From: a bacterium
Lineage (GTDB): Archaea > Thermoplasmatota > E2 > JACPAO01 > JAHFTW01
DNA: 64,000 nt
Direction of reading: 5' to 3'
Assembly (NCBI GenBank): GCA_040390065.1
Contig: JAZJZE010000009.1
Location: 160,001 to 224,000, forward strand
The notes under the pieces were generated by a model, which was not told the DNA's origin, made no database searches, and saw nothing but the letters and a program-made list of their open reading frames with translations. A program made the translations under genes and the position numbers. Shown here one piece after another: positions 29,205 to 40,191 of this stretch; positions within the stretch are counted from its first letter, which is position 1, and the number at the start of each line of letters is the position of its first letter.

Positions 29205-29927
29205 TCAGGCCATGACGGTCGCTGGCCCTTGATCCACGAGCCGGGGCCCGCCCGCCGTGACGATGCGCAGCCGGCCTTGCTCGTCGACTCCATCCGCCAC
29301 GCCCTGCACATCATGGCCACCGGACGGGACGGACACGCGTTTCCCCTTCAGCCAGTCACGTGCGCGGAACGCGGCAAGCACCGACGTCGGGTCGCGGGCC
29401 CGCAACGCCTCGAGCCAGACTCCGACCCGGTCGAGCATCAGCGACTCCAGATCGGGGATGCAGGATTCGCAGTGCAGCGCCTCCTCCAGCGTCGTGGCCG
29501 TCGTCCCCAGGCCGTTTGGGAAACGCGAGGCTGCGCCGTTGACGTTCACGCCGATGCCGACGACGAGAAAATCCAGTTTTGGCCCCGTCCACTCGCCTTC
29601 GACGAGGATGCCGGCAATCTTGCGGTCGCCTACGAACACGTCGTTCACCCACTTGAGTCGCGGCTCGACGCCCGCCACCTCGAGGGCATCACCGACGGCG
29701 TTGCCCATGGCCAAGGTCAGCAGGCGGGCATCGGACAGGTCGCGCACGACGAAGGAAAGATACAATCCGCCCTTGGGCGCGTGCCAGGTGTGGCCGCGTT
29801 GGCCCCGCCCCGCCGTCATTTCTTCCGCCACGATGACGGAACCTTCGGGTGCGCCGGCGCGGGCCCGCTTGCGGGTCTCGTCCATGGTCGATGCGCAGGA
29901 CGCGACGCGGTCGACCACCCACTTCAT
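29205..29927 (-). CDS. birA: Biotin--protein ligase
   Basis: STMD, TAGRGQRG..W, KWVNDV and KIAGILVE motifs. Confidence 0.92.
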   Translation of the reverse strand: MKWVVDRVASCASTMDETRKRARAGAPEGSVIVAEEMTAGRGQRGHTWHAPKGGLYLSFVVRDLSDARLLTLAMGNAVGDALEVAGVEPRLKWVNDVFVGDRKIAGILVEGEWTGPKLDFLVVGIGVNVNGAASRFPNGLGTTATTLEEALHCESCIPDLESLMLDRVGVWLEALRARDPTSVLAAFRARDWLKGKRVSVPSGGHDVQGVADGVDEQGRLRIVTAGGPRLVDQGPATVMA

Positions 29928-30373
29928 CGCGCCTTGCCCCCGGCCGCGCCGTGACCACCGGCGCCGACCTGGCAGAGCTCGATGAGCACGCCGCCCGTCT
30001 CGGACGGGTGGATGAAGGCGATGCGCTTCCCCTCGGCGCCGCGCCGCGGCGTCTTGTCGATGAGCTTCACGCCGCGGGCCGCAAGACGCGCGAGCTCAGC
30101 ATCCAGGTCGTCGACGCGGAACGCGATGTGGTGGACGCCGACGCCACGCTTGGCCAGGAACTTCCCGACAGGCGTGTCCGGCCCGGTGGGCAAGAGCGCC
30201 TCGACCACGGTGTCGGATGCGCCGACGGGGAAGAAGCGCGTCGTGACGCCCTGGTCGGCGACCGTCTCGTCGGTGCCGCGCCGCTTCAGGCCGAGGATGT
30301 CCTCGTAGATGCGACTTGCATCGGCAAGCGATTCGACGGCGACGGACACTTGGTCCACGCACAGGATGGCCAC
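29924..30373 (-). CDS. mce: Methylmalonyl-CoA epimerase (VOC fold)
   Basis: KFLAKRGVGVHHIAFRVDD; IAFIHPSETGGVLIELCQ. Confidence 0.88.
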   Translation of the reverse strand: MAILCVDQVSVAVESLADASRIYEDILGLKRRGTDETVADQGVTTRFFPVGASDTVVEALLPTGPDTPVGKFLAKRGVGVHHIAFRVDDLDAELARLAARGVKLIDKTPRRGAEGKRIAFIHPSETGGVLIELCQVGAGGHGAAGGKAR

Positions 30374-30396
30374 GCTGCGGTGCAGTGACGCGCCGT

Positions 30397-30651
30397 TTAC
30401 GGCCTTTGCGCCGCGGGGCGCCGCATCATGGGCACCACGAACGCCGCGCCGAAGCCCGCGACGAGGACGCCAAGCGGCGCAAGCGGCGGCAACGGCGCGC
30501 CCAGGGCCGAGAGGCCGAGGACCCCCAGGCTTGCCGCCCCGGCGAGGCGCAGCGTCCTCGAATCGAGGAGGCGCAACGGCAGGAGCGCCGCGGCCACGAT
30601 GCTGATCGCTCCCGCTGCGCCAGCAATGGCGGCGCCGACTACGGCGTCCAC
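30397..30651 (-). CDS. Small membrane protein (possibly C-terminal half of a DUF5794-like protein)
   Basis: Three hydrophobic segments; overlaps the upstream ORF; GTG start inferred. Confidence 0.55.
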   Translation of the reverse strand: MDAVVGAAIAGAAGAISIVAAALLPLRLLDSRTLRLAGAASLGVLGLSALGAPLPPLAPLGVLVAGFGAAFVVPMMRRPAAQRP

Positions 30652-31196
30652 CGCAATGCCACCTCCAGGACCCCGGCGCCGCCGGTCACCCAGATGGGCA
30701 TGGGCACGCGTGCCGGGCGAGGCAACCGCCAGCCGGCGACTTCGGCCGCGACGAGGAACAACACGATGCCGGCCGCTTTGGGCAGCACGTGGAGTGTGGC
30801 GGCCTGGCCGAGGCGCGAACCCACGGCGACGGACGCCACCGTCGACGCGACCGTGACCGCCGCAAGGACGGCGAGGGCGCGCAAGTCGCCGCGCTGCCGG
30901 GGGCGGGAGGCAAACGCCTGCTGCGCCGCAATCCATGCACCGGCTCCCGCAACGACCGTGAGGCCGACAGCAATGGCGCCGCCGAGACTGGACAGTTGGC
31001 CGGATGCTGCCATGAGCACGAGCGTTCCATCCACCGCCGACAGGAGCGACAACAGGTAGAGATTGGACAATCCGCGCGCCGGCGCCGCTGCGGCGGGCAG
31101 CCGCGTGCGGACCACGACGACTGGAGGCGAGTCTGGCACGACTGGGAGCCGACGCGAAGGGACGGCCGGCTCCTTGCCGTCAGCGCCGCCGCTCAC
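30639..31196 (-). CDS. Membrane protein (possibly N-terminal half of a DUF5794-like protein)
   Basis: LLSAVDGTLVL...GGAIAVGLTVVAG resembles haloarchaeal DUF5794 as I recall it. Confidence 0.6.
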   Translation of the reverse strand: MSGGADGKEPAVPSRRLPVVPDSPPVVVVRTRLPAAAAPARGLSNLYLLSLLSAVDGTLVLMAASGQLSSLGGAIAVGLTVVAGAGAWIAAQQAFASRPRQRGDLRALAVLAAVTVASTVASVAVGSRLGQAATLHVLPKAAGIVLFLVAAEVAGWRLPRPARVPMPIWVTGGAGVLEVALRWTP

Positions 31197-31341
31197 GACT
31201 CTCCACTCCGGTGAGTCCCACGACGAGGACGGATCCGTCGGTGCGACCGAGCACGGACTCGAAGTCGAATCCAGTGCCGTCGGTGCAGGCGTTCTTCAGT
31301 GCAGGCGTGTGGTCTTGGTATGGCTTAGGCTGGTTCATCAT
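31180..31341 (-). CDS. Small hypothetical protein (53 aa)
   Basis: ATG preceded by strong SD GTGAGGTG; overlaps the next gene. Confidence 0.5.
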   Translation of the reverse strand: MMNQPKPYQDHTPALKNACTDGTGFDFESVLGRTDGSVLVVGLTGVESRERRR

Positions 31342-31514
31342 GGGGACGCACCTCACAACGCCAGCAAGCGTCGAAAGATGCGTCAATCGTGCTTGCAGGC
31401 AAACGTGGGAGCGACCTTGCTGCCGCCCCACATGCGCATAGGCGTGGGGTGGTGGCACTGGCCGCTCACGATTGAAACGATGACGAGCACCCCTTCATAG
31501 GTGTTGCTGGACGG

Positions 31515-32095
31515 TTGTGGCGAATTCCGCAGAAGTGGGCGCTGCGGATTCGGAAAACGAAGCCGACGACGATGGACGAACCGCCGATTTCGCCGATACC
31601 TCCGATGCGACCAACGCCGCTACCAATCGCCCTCGTTGGTGCTGCAAACCTGCTTGGCAACCGCCAACGACGGATTCCCCAAACCTCCGACGGCGGCGAC
31701 TGCAACCAGGGAATCCAACATGGCGAAGTGGAACGCCCCCGGCCGGGGCGAGCACGCCGTCGGCGATAGCCGCGGCGAAGCGAGGGCTTGGCAAGCCCGC
31801 AGCGAAGCGGGCGGGCCAGGGCCGCCGGGGGCCCTCGCGAGTTACGGGAGGCCTGGAAAAACAGTGAACCATCTGAAAATGGGGGAAGCCCGCGTTTTGG
31901 ACTCTCATGCATTTCATGGGGTTCACTGTGCATCCAGGCCGCCCACACTCCACCGACGGGCGGACCAGTGAACACACTGAACCCACTGAACGCCGTGCGT
32001 CGGTTTCAGTGAGATCAGTGAATTCAGTTGTTCCTTCCCTGGCACAGCCAGCCACGCGGCCATCTCGCGGGCGGCGCCGCCGTCCGAGCCTGGCG
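31515..32095 (+). repeat. Modular structured intergenic element, copy B
   Basis: Anchors at 31685, 31735, 31817, 31847/31934 and 32051; periodic CACTGAAC hairpin. Confidence 0.8.
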
Positions 32096-32137
32096 TGGCC
32101 GCTCGTTGGCTTGCTTCGCCCGACGCATCCGCCGGAA

Positions 32138-32404
32138 TCAAACGAAGTGCGGATGCTTGCTGAGCGCTTCCTGGATGAAGGGCAGCATCTGGTTCCAGTC
32201 CGCATCCGGCGTCTTGCTGATCGTGACGAAGTCGTTGAGGAAGAACAGGCTCGTGACACCGGGGACGGCCAGCAGCGCCTTGGCGAGCGGGCTTTGGGTC
32301 TGAGCCGGGTTGGAGACGATTTTCGAGCCGTTGCAGAATGGGCTCGGCGCCGTCACCTTGAGCGCATTCGGGTTTGGCGTCGCCTCGATGCGCAGCCGTG
32401 CCAT
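32138..32404 (-). CDS. NifU N-terminal (Nfu_N) domain protein
   Basis: EATPNPNALK...SPLAKALLAVPGV..LFF.NDFVTISK...DW. Confidence 0.88.
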   Translation of the reverse strand: MARLRIEATPNPNALKVTAPSPFCNGSKIVSNPAQTQSPLAKALLAVPGVTSLFFLNDFVTISKTPDADWNQMLPFIQEALSKHPHFV

Positions 32405-32506
32405 CCGATGTCTGCATGGGCCGGCACCTTATGTCGCTGTCGGACCCGCCGCCGGGCTCGTCGCGAATCGCAACACGCTTCAAGCGGGAGGCGGACTGCA
32501 GGCTCC

Positions 32507-32830
32507 GTGTCCACGCCTCTGCAGGAGTTCACCGAGGGGCTGCGGCAGATCCAGCACCACCGTTTCCTGCAGTCGATGGTGTACCTCGTCCTGTTCATCT
32601 ACGGCAACTCGCTGTTCTTCGCGCACGAGGGCCGCATCGCACACGCCATCGCTTGGGGATTCGTCGCCCTGTCCAGCCTGTTCCTGACCATCGAGGTCCT
32701 GCGGGCCTACCTGCAGACGCGCTGGCAGCCGCACCTTCGCAACGCCCAGGACGCCTTCGTCACACTCGGCGCCAGCATGCTGTACGGTGGCGGCACGATT
32801 TACTGGGTCCTCATGGCCTTGATGGGGTGA
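32507..32830 (+). CDS. Small membrane protein
   Basis: Three TM segments; GTG start inferred. Confidence 0.6.
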   Translation: MSTPLQEFTEGLRQIQHHRFLQSMVYLVLFIYGNSLFFAHEGRIAHAIAWGFVALSSLFLTIEVLRAYLQTRWQPHLRNAQDAFVTLGASMLYGGGTIYWVLMALMG

Positions 32831-32834
32831 ACGC

Positions 32835-33245
32835 ATGGCAGATGACGATCTGAAGGCGTTCGAGTGGCTCGACCTGGGAAATGAACTCCGAGCGAGACGC
32901 CTCATGTCAGTGGCGCGATTCCTGGCGTTCCTGATTGTGGGCGGCGTGGTCCTTGACCTGGCCCTGGCCCGGGCTGCGGACAACGATTCCCGCTCAAGTC
33001 CGGAGCAAACCGGGTTCGCCGCATGCGCTATCCTGCTAGGCGGATGCATCCTGGAAGTGGCCTGCCTCGTTCGCGGTGGCGCGGTCGCCGTACAGCATGC
33101 GCGCTTGGCGGAAACGCTAGGGAAGCACCGGCGCGCTACGGCCCACCGGATTTGGCGATTCTTCGCCTGGAATCCCGTCGGGTCATGGCTGCTTCTCGCA
33201 TATGCCGTCGGCGCGTTCTTTTCCCTGAACCTGGTCAAGTCGTAG
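32835..33245 (+). CDS. Membrane hypothetical protein
   Basis: Three hydrophobic segments; 4 nt downstream of the previous stop. Confidence 0.55.
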   Translation: MADDDLKAFEWLDLGNELRARRLMSVARFLAFLIVGGVVLDLALARAADNDSRSSPEQTGFAACAILLGGCILEVACLVRGGAVAVQHARLAETLGKHRRATAHRIWRFFAWNPVGSWLLLAYAVGAFFSLNLVKS

Positions 33246-33252
33246 CCACGTG

Positions 33253-34905
<1,653 letters not shown>

Positions 34906-34950
34906 GGGTTCCCCATGTGGCCGCGGCTTAGAAACGTGTGCGCCCAAACC

Positions 34951-35145
34951 CTAGCGACTGACGGGCATCTCATCGGCGACGTTCCTGCCGGTTCCGCGGA
35001 CCTTCCGCGCGGAGTGCACGACCGCGTCCTTGGCCCGCTCCTTCGCCTGGTCGCTCAAGACGTAGCGCCAAATCACGTAGCCCGCGCCGATGGCCGCCAG
35101 CGTACCAATCGCGACGTACAGTCCAGTATGGGATTTCTCGCCCAT
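34951..35145 (-). CDS. Small single-TM protein
   Basis: MGEKSHTG, then a TM helix and charged tail. Confidence 0.6.
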   Translation of the reverse strand: MGEKSHTGLYVAIGTLAAIGAGYVIWRYVLSDQAKERAKDAVVHSARKVRGTGRNVADEMPVSR

Positions 35146-35209
35146 GGCCCGACAAGCCGGCCGTGCCGAATCAACGTAGGGTTGGCGGCAGCGTACCCAG
35201 CCCCGGCAA

Positions 35210-35368
35210 TCACTTTTCCCGCTTCGCTTGGGTCTTGGGGAGCCGGCGGCGCGGTCGGATGAATCGCAGGTAGACGTACAGTGCAGAGGCAACGGCCAAC
35301 GCCACGCCGCCCCACAGCAGCCAGTCGTGCAGCGTGTGGTCGACGCCGCCAGAGTCGTGGTTCGTCAA
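35210..35368 (-). CDS. Small single-TM protein
   Basis: TTG start inferred; WLLWGGVALAVASALYVYL plus basic tail. Confidence 0.45.
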   Translation of the reverse strand: MTNHDSGGVDHTLHDWLLWGGVALAVASALYVYLRFIRPRRRLPKTQAKREK

Positions 35369-35387
35369 GCCAATCGACGCGGGCAAA

Positions 35388-35495
35388 TGGGGTGAGCCGG
35401 GATCGAGGCCACTGGCCTCCGGCCAGCGGCCATACGCGGCCCCGAAGGCCTCGCGCAATCCCGGCTCAGCCACAGCCTCGCTGCGCATCGGCAAG
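35388..35495. mobile_element. Mini-element at the tRNA-Phe 3' end (19-bp duplicated end, 89-bp insert with internal antisense block)
   Basis: tggggtgagccgggatcga at 35388 and 35496; inverted atcccggctca at 35458-35468. Confidence 0.65.
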
Positions 35496-35568
35496 TGGGG
35501 TGAGCCGGGATCGAACCGGCGGCATCCAGATCTTCAGTCTGGCACTCTCCCAACTGAGTTACCACCCC
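35496..35568 (-). tRNA. tRNA-Phe(GAA)
   Basis: Anticodon arm CCAGA-CTGAAGA-TCTGG; GGTTCGATCCC; TTCAAATA about 30 nt upstream. Confidence 0.95.
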
Positions 35569-35677
35569 GGGAGACAGGTCGCGCGACAAGTCCGCTCTAT
35601 TTGAAACGCAGGGTCTCGCGCGAGGCGCAGCCGAGCGCGAACGCGGGGTGCAGGGGCGCGCAAGGCGACGGGGGGCC

Positions 35678-37390
35678 TCAGGAGGTGACCGTGAAGGGCA
35701 CGACGACGTCCTCCTTGACCACGGGCGGGTCGGAGATGGACACGGTGGCGTTGCCGGTTCCGGAGCCGGTCCACAGGATGCCGGTGACGGACCAGATGCC
35801 GTCGGCCACCGTTGCGTCGCGGGCCGGCTCGGGGGCTGCAGCGCCGGGCATCTGCAACGTCACGGACACGCAGGAGGCGCGCCCGCAGGTGTTGTTCTCC
35901 AGGGGCGATTCCGCGCCGTCGTCGGCGATGCGTTTGATGGACAAGGTCAGCGTCGCCGTGGCGCCTTGCCTCGGCGCGGAGTCGGCCATGAGCGTGACGG
36001 CGAAGTGTTCGCTGGAGGCCACGGTCTTGTAGCCGGCCGGCGCCGCCGTCGCAGCCAGAGGGGGCGAGACGGAGGTCAGGATGCCCGCGAGCAGGAGCAC
36101 GGCGATGCCAAGGCTCGCCTCGATGGCGACGGTGCGGCGAAGGTGGGTGCCGTCGGCCAGCCCCGCGCGAACCCGGCCGCGGGTGCTCCGCTGAACGACT
36201 TTTTGCACGGTTCCGGCCAGGCCGTCGTCGCGCGGCGCCTCGAGTAGCACGTACCGGTTGATGCCGGCCAGAGCGACCATGACGATGGCGATGGCCACCT
36301 TCCCGATGAGGGCGGCCCCGTAGGCGCTCTGCACGAGGCGCAGGGGATGCAGGAGGCTGTCCAGGCCCAGGATTGTCACGGAGAGCGTGACGCCGGCGAC
36401 GGCGAGCAGGAAGACCGACGTGAGCGCGAGTGTCCCGAAGCGCACGCCCGTGCGTTGCAGCGCATCGGGCGGCTCGCTCGAGCGCCGCAGCATCATGGCG
36501 AAGAGCAGCAGCCCCCCGACCCAGACTGCCGCCGAGACGAGGTGGACGAAGTCGATGACCATGAACGAGATGCCGGCGCCGGAGACGTGCCCCAGACGTG
36601 CGGAACCAGCGGCGGCGCCGAGCAGGAGCGCCGTCACGGCCCAAGGGCCGGTGCGCGTCGGGCGAGCCATGGCCAACGCGGCAAGGAGGAGAGCGCCGCT
36701 GCCGAGGATGGCGCGGGCCATGTAGACGCGACCTGCGCCTTCGGGCGAGCCGATGTACACGCCGAAGCTTGAATGCGTGGCGTGCCAGGCCTGCCAGAAG
36801 ACGAGCAGGGTTCCGACGAAGTGCAGCCCAGACCCCAACAGCATCGCGCGCGCCGCACTACGCGGGGGATACGCCGGAAGCCAGGCGAGGAAGGCGGCGG
36901 CCGCGAGTCCCAGGCTGAAGCCTGCATAGAGAAGTGCACGGCCCAGGGCGGATGCCCAGTCGACGTCGTTGACGCTCTGCCTGGATGACGCCGGCGCGTC
37001 GTAGGCGCCGATTGCGAAGCCGTACGTTTCGACGTTGGGGTGGCCATCGACACTCGAGACCGCCGTGAACGACAGGACGTACTGGCCGGGCGGTAGCGGC
37101 GGAAGGTACACCGTCATGCGCGGCGGGTCATGCTCGATCAACGGCGAGCCACTGTCGACGCGGGCATGGCTCGTGTTGTTCTGGACGTCGATCCTGGAGG
37201 TGGAGACGTCGATCTTCTGGCTGAAGGTCAGGACGAACTGCGTCGGCAGCGCGTCCAGGTGGGGCCGCTCGTTGATAGGCGGGTCGATGGACAAGAGGTC
37301 GGCGTGTGCCGCGGCTGCCGGGACGACGGCCAGCAGGATTGCGCAGGCAAGCAGGCCGCACAGAGCCCGCCAAGGGGCGCCGCGCCTCAT
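35678..37390 (-). CDS. CopC/CopD fused copper uptake/resistance protein
   Basis: Mature N-terminus HADLLSIDP, SSVDGH (CopC); GHVS, HLVSAAVWVGGL and YGAALIGK (CopD). Confidence 0.9.
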   Translation of the reverse strand: MRRGAPWRALCGLLACAILLAVVPAAAAHADLLSIDPPINERPHLDALPTQFVLTFSQKIDVSTSRIDVQNNTSHARVDSGSPLIEHDPPRMTVYLPPLPPGQYVLSFTAVSSVDGHPNVETYGFAIGAYDAPASSRQSVNDVDWASALGRALLYAGFSLGLAAAAFLAWLPAYPPRSAARAMLLGSGLHFVGTLLVFWQAWHATHSSFGVYIGSPEGAGRVYMARAILGSGALLLAALAMARPTRTGPWAVTALLLGAAAGSARLGHVSGAGISFMVIDFVHLVSAAVWVGGLLLFAMMLRRSSEPPDALQRTGVRFGTLALTSVFLLAVAGVTLSVTILGLDSLLHPLRLVQSAYGAALIGKVAIAIVMVALAGINRYVLLEAPRDDGLAGTVQKVVQRSTRGRVRAGLADGTHLRRTVAIEASLGIAVLLLAGILTSVSPPLAATAAPAGYKTVASSEHFAVTLMADSAPRQGATATLTLSIKRIADDGAESPLENNTCGRASCVSVTLQMPGAAAPEPARDATVADGIWSVTGILWTGSGTGNATVSISDPPVVKEDVVVPFTVTS

Positions 37391-38430
37391 CGCATCCGCC
37401 GGCGGGCAAGCACGACGGCTGTAAGCAGGATGGCTGGGGCCTCAAGGCCCGGCGACGACTTGCCGCCCGTCGTTGCGACGTGGCTTGTCTCGTGCGAGGT
37501 CGATGCCGCCGTGACCTTGAAGGGCACCTGGAGAGTGCGGTGGCCGCCGAGATCCGTCGTAATCGTGACGGTCACGGACCCCTGGGCGCCGGCCGTCGCC
37601 CCGACGAGCGACAGGTGGGCATTGTACGCCTGGCGGCTCGAGAGGCCGATGGACAGCGACTCGGAGTAGGCGCCACTTGCAGGGTCGTGCAAGCGCGCCG
37701 TGACGCCGCCGGCTTGCGTGACAGTGAGTGTTCCCTGCTGCGATGCGTCGAGGAGGTTCTTGATGCTGAGCTGCGCGACTTGTTCGCTGCCCACGCCGAC
37801 GTCAGGGACGCTGCCGGTCTCCAGGCTGGTGTAGTACGACGATCCGCGCAGCTTGTACGGGCTCGTCGGGTCGTAGAAGCAGTCGGCCCTGGCGCCCACG
37901 GCCGGGGGGCAATCGAGGGCCGTGTTGTGGCACGTCCCGGGCATGAAGTCGCCAGAGTCGGCCTCGACCTTGATCCCCGAAAGGCCATCGCCAACCGCAC
38001 CGAGCTTGGACAGCATGATGGTCCCCTCGACGACAAAGCGGGTGCCGTCGCCGACAGAGGCGCCCCCGGTCACGGAGTCGAAGCCGCCGCCATTTGTAAA
38101 GTGGGAGTCGTCGCTCGTCTTCAGGACAAACGCTTGGGCACCCTTGGGCGTCGTGACCGTGATGGTGTCCGTGTGGGCGCCGGCGGAGCCCTTGTCCATG
38201 AGGAGGCGGAACACGGCGACGTCCTTGGCGCCGTCCCACTTCTCCTGGATGTCGAGGGCGAGCAGTTCGTCGGAGCCTTTGCAGTCGTTCGTGCCGCCGT
38301 CGCTTGTGCACTCGTCGACGTAGTCCTCCAACAGCCGCGTGTCCTGGGCGCGCGGCAGGGAGGCGCAGTGGGCCATGGCAGCCGGGGCAAGGACGACCAG
38401 GACGAGCAGCGCAAGGGGCAGGAGACGCAT
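37387..38430 (-). CDS. Secreted surface protein, paralogue of 38486-39604, with sorting-like signal
   Basis: Signal peptide then His; ELLALDIQE; GDFMPG; KSSPG + TM + RRR. Confidence 0.75.
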   Translation of the reverse strand: MRLLPLALLVLVVLAPAAMAHCASLPRAQDTRLLEDYVDECTSDGGTNDCKGSDELLALDIQEKWDGAKDVAVFRLLMDKGSAGAHTDTITVTTPKGAQAFVLKTSDDSHFTNGGGFDSVTGGASVGDGTRFVVEGTIMLSKLGAVGDGLSGIKVEADSGDFMPGTCHNTALDCPPAVGARADCFYDPTSPYKLRGSSYYTSLETGSVPDVGVGSEQVAQLSIKNLLDASQQGTLTVTQAGGVTARLHDPASGAYSESLSIGLSSRQAYNAHLSLVGATAGAQGSVTVTITTDLGGHRTLQVPFKVTAASTSHETSHVATTGGKSSPGLEAPAILLTAVVLARRRMR

Positions 38431-38485
38431 CAAGACACCGGGAGGACGGATTGGGCAGGCCAGGGGGGAGGTAAAGGGGTTGTTG

Positions 38486-39604
38486 TCATGTCCTGGAGCG
38501 GCGTCGGGCAAGAAGGGCGGTGGCCACGGCAAGCCCAGCAAGGGGAGTGCCCAGGTCGGGGCTCTTCTTGCCTTCCGTCGTCTGGCTCATGCCAGCCGGC
38601 GGCTGGCTCTGGTTGGTCATGGCAGGAACCGTGACCGGGATGACGATGGCCGCGAGACCGCCAAGGTCCGTGGCCGCCGAGATTGTGACGGAACCGTCCC
38701 TCGTCGCGTTGGTGACCACCAGGGCAATCGTCTTGGCGGTCCCGTCGGGAAGGTTGACGGATGCTGCGTCCAAGGCGACGGTGATGCCCGGCGAAGGCGT
38801 GAGGGTCAGGTTCGCAAGCTGGGGCATGGTCCTGAGGGTGTTTTGGATTGTCAAGAGGATGTGGGCGGGGCCGTGGCCTAGCGTCGCGGATGGGGCATCG
38901 GCGGTGAAGTTGAGGAGCGCGGCGGGGCCCTGCGTCGTGAACGCGCCTGGCGCCTCCATCCCCTGCGGTATGGCCGGGACCTCCGGGTTCGTGGGATCGT
39001 CCGGCGGTGAGGCTGCCGGGACCATTTGGCCGTTGGAGTACCAGCCGCCCGGCATGTAGTCGCCCTTGGTCGTGCCGACGGAACTGAGGACGGTGACGGA
39101 CGAAACCGCCATTCCCGCCGTGAGGTTGAGGGCCGTGGCGCTGACGAAACACTCGATGGCCTTCGGAGTGCCGTCGCCTACGTCGACGGCCGTCATGGCG
39201 GCGTCCATGCAGGACGGGCCCGCGAAGGCTTTGCCATCGCCGGTGAGGCCCACCGTGAAGTCCTGGCCGTTGACCTTGAAGGCGACGTCCACCTTCCGGT
39301 CCGCGTGCGTGGCCTCTCGCACCTGGAACACGATGCGTAGCGCCAGGGCCGGGCTGCCGTTGTGGTAGGCCTCGCGGACGTCGAGGGCGAGCAGGTCCAT
39401 GGCGCCAGCGTCCGTGGGGCAGGGCTGACCTTCGAGCGTGTCGGGGCAGCCGCCATAGTCCTGCCCGCCGTCGCCGTCGTCCATGAGGACACGTTGGTCG
39501 ATCTCGCGTGGGTCGGGGGCGCCGTGGGCAGCCACGAGCGGCATCCCGGCAAGAAAAGCACAAGCGATGATCCCAGCCAAGACGCCGCGGACACCCTTTG
39601 TCAT
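38486..39604 (-). CDS. Secreted surface protein, paralogue of 37387-38430, with sorting-like signal
   Basis: Signal peptide then His; DLLALDVRE; GDYMPG; KKSPD + TM + RRR. Confidence 0.75.
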   Translation of the reverse strand: MTKGVRGVLAGIIACAFLAGMPLVAAHGAPDPREIDQRVLMDDGDGGQDYGGCPDTLEGQPCPTDAGAMDLLALDVREAYHNGSPALALRIVFQVREATHADRKVDVAFKVNGQDFTVGLTGDGKAFAGPSCMDAAMTAVDVGDGTPKAIECFVSATALNLTAGMAVSSVTVLSSVGTTKGDYMPGGWYSNGQMVPAASPPDDPTNPEVPAIPQGMEAPGAFTTQGPAALLNFTADAPSATLGHGPAHILLTIQNTLRTMPQLANLTLTPSPGITVALDAASVNLPDGTAKTIALVVTNATRDGSVTISAATDLGGLAAIVIPVTVPAMTNQSQPPAGMSQTTEGKKSPDLGTPLAGLAVATALLARRRSRT

Positions 39605-39657
39605 TGTTCGAACATGACGCAACGCGACCCATAAGCCTTGTTGTCGCGCACCATGCA

Positions 39658-40191
39658 CTAGGGCGCGACGCCGCGCCGCCCGCGGGGACGGTACAGCCCG
39701 GACCAGGAAGCCGCAAAGCTGTCGACGAGGGCGCTCGGGGGGCGCCAGCGCTGCCCCAGCACGGCCACGTGCGCGGCATCGCGCAAGCGCAGGGTCCGTC
39801 CGTCGCCGTCCTGGACGATGATGCCGGCCTCCGTGAGTTTCGCGACATGGTATGACAAGGTCGACTTCGCGATGCCGAGGCGTTCGGCCATGGTGCCGTG
39901 CGTCGCCGAGCGCACCTCCAGGAGGTGCAGGATGATGGCAAGGGGCAGACGCTGGCGCATCATGGCAAGGACGCGCCTGTCCTCGTCGCGCAGGCCCTTG
40001 CCTGCAGTCGCAAAGAGCCGCAGGTGGTTGCCATCCATGTGGGCTTCGACGACCCCGGCATCGAGCATGCGGCGCACGTGGTATCCGGCCAACGCCTCGC
40101 TCAGTCCGCCTTGGCGGGCAAGCTCGCGCAGGTGCAACCCGGGATAGGCCCCGATCAGGGCAATGAGCGTGCCGTGGCGGCTCTCGGTCAT
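39658..40191 (-). CDS. Tandem winged-HTH transcriptional regulator (ArsR-like)
   Basis: YPGLHLRELAR...YHVRRMLDAG and THGTMAERLGIAKSTLSYHVAKL. Confidence 0.88.
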   Translation of the reverse strand: MTESRHGTLIALIGAYPGLHLRELARQGGLSEALAGYHVRRMLDAGVVEAHMDGNHLRLFATAGKGLRDEDRRVLAMMRQRLPLAIILHLLEVRSATHGTMAERLGIAKSTLSYHVAKLTEAGIIVQDGDGRTLRLRDAAHVAVLGQRWRPPSALVDSFAASWSGLYRPRGRRGVAP

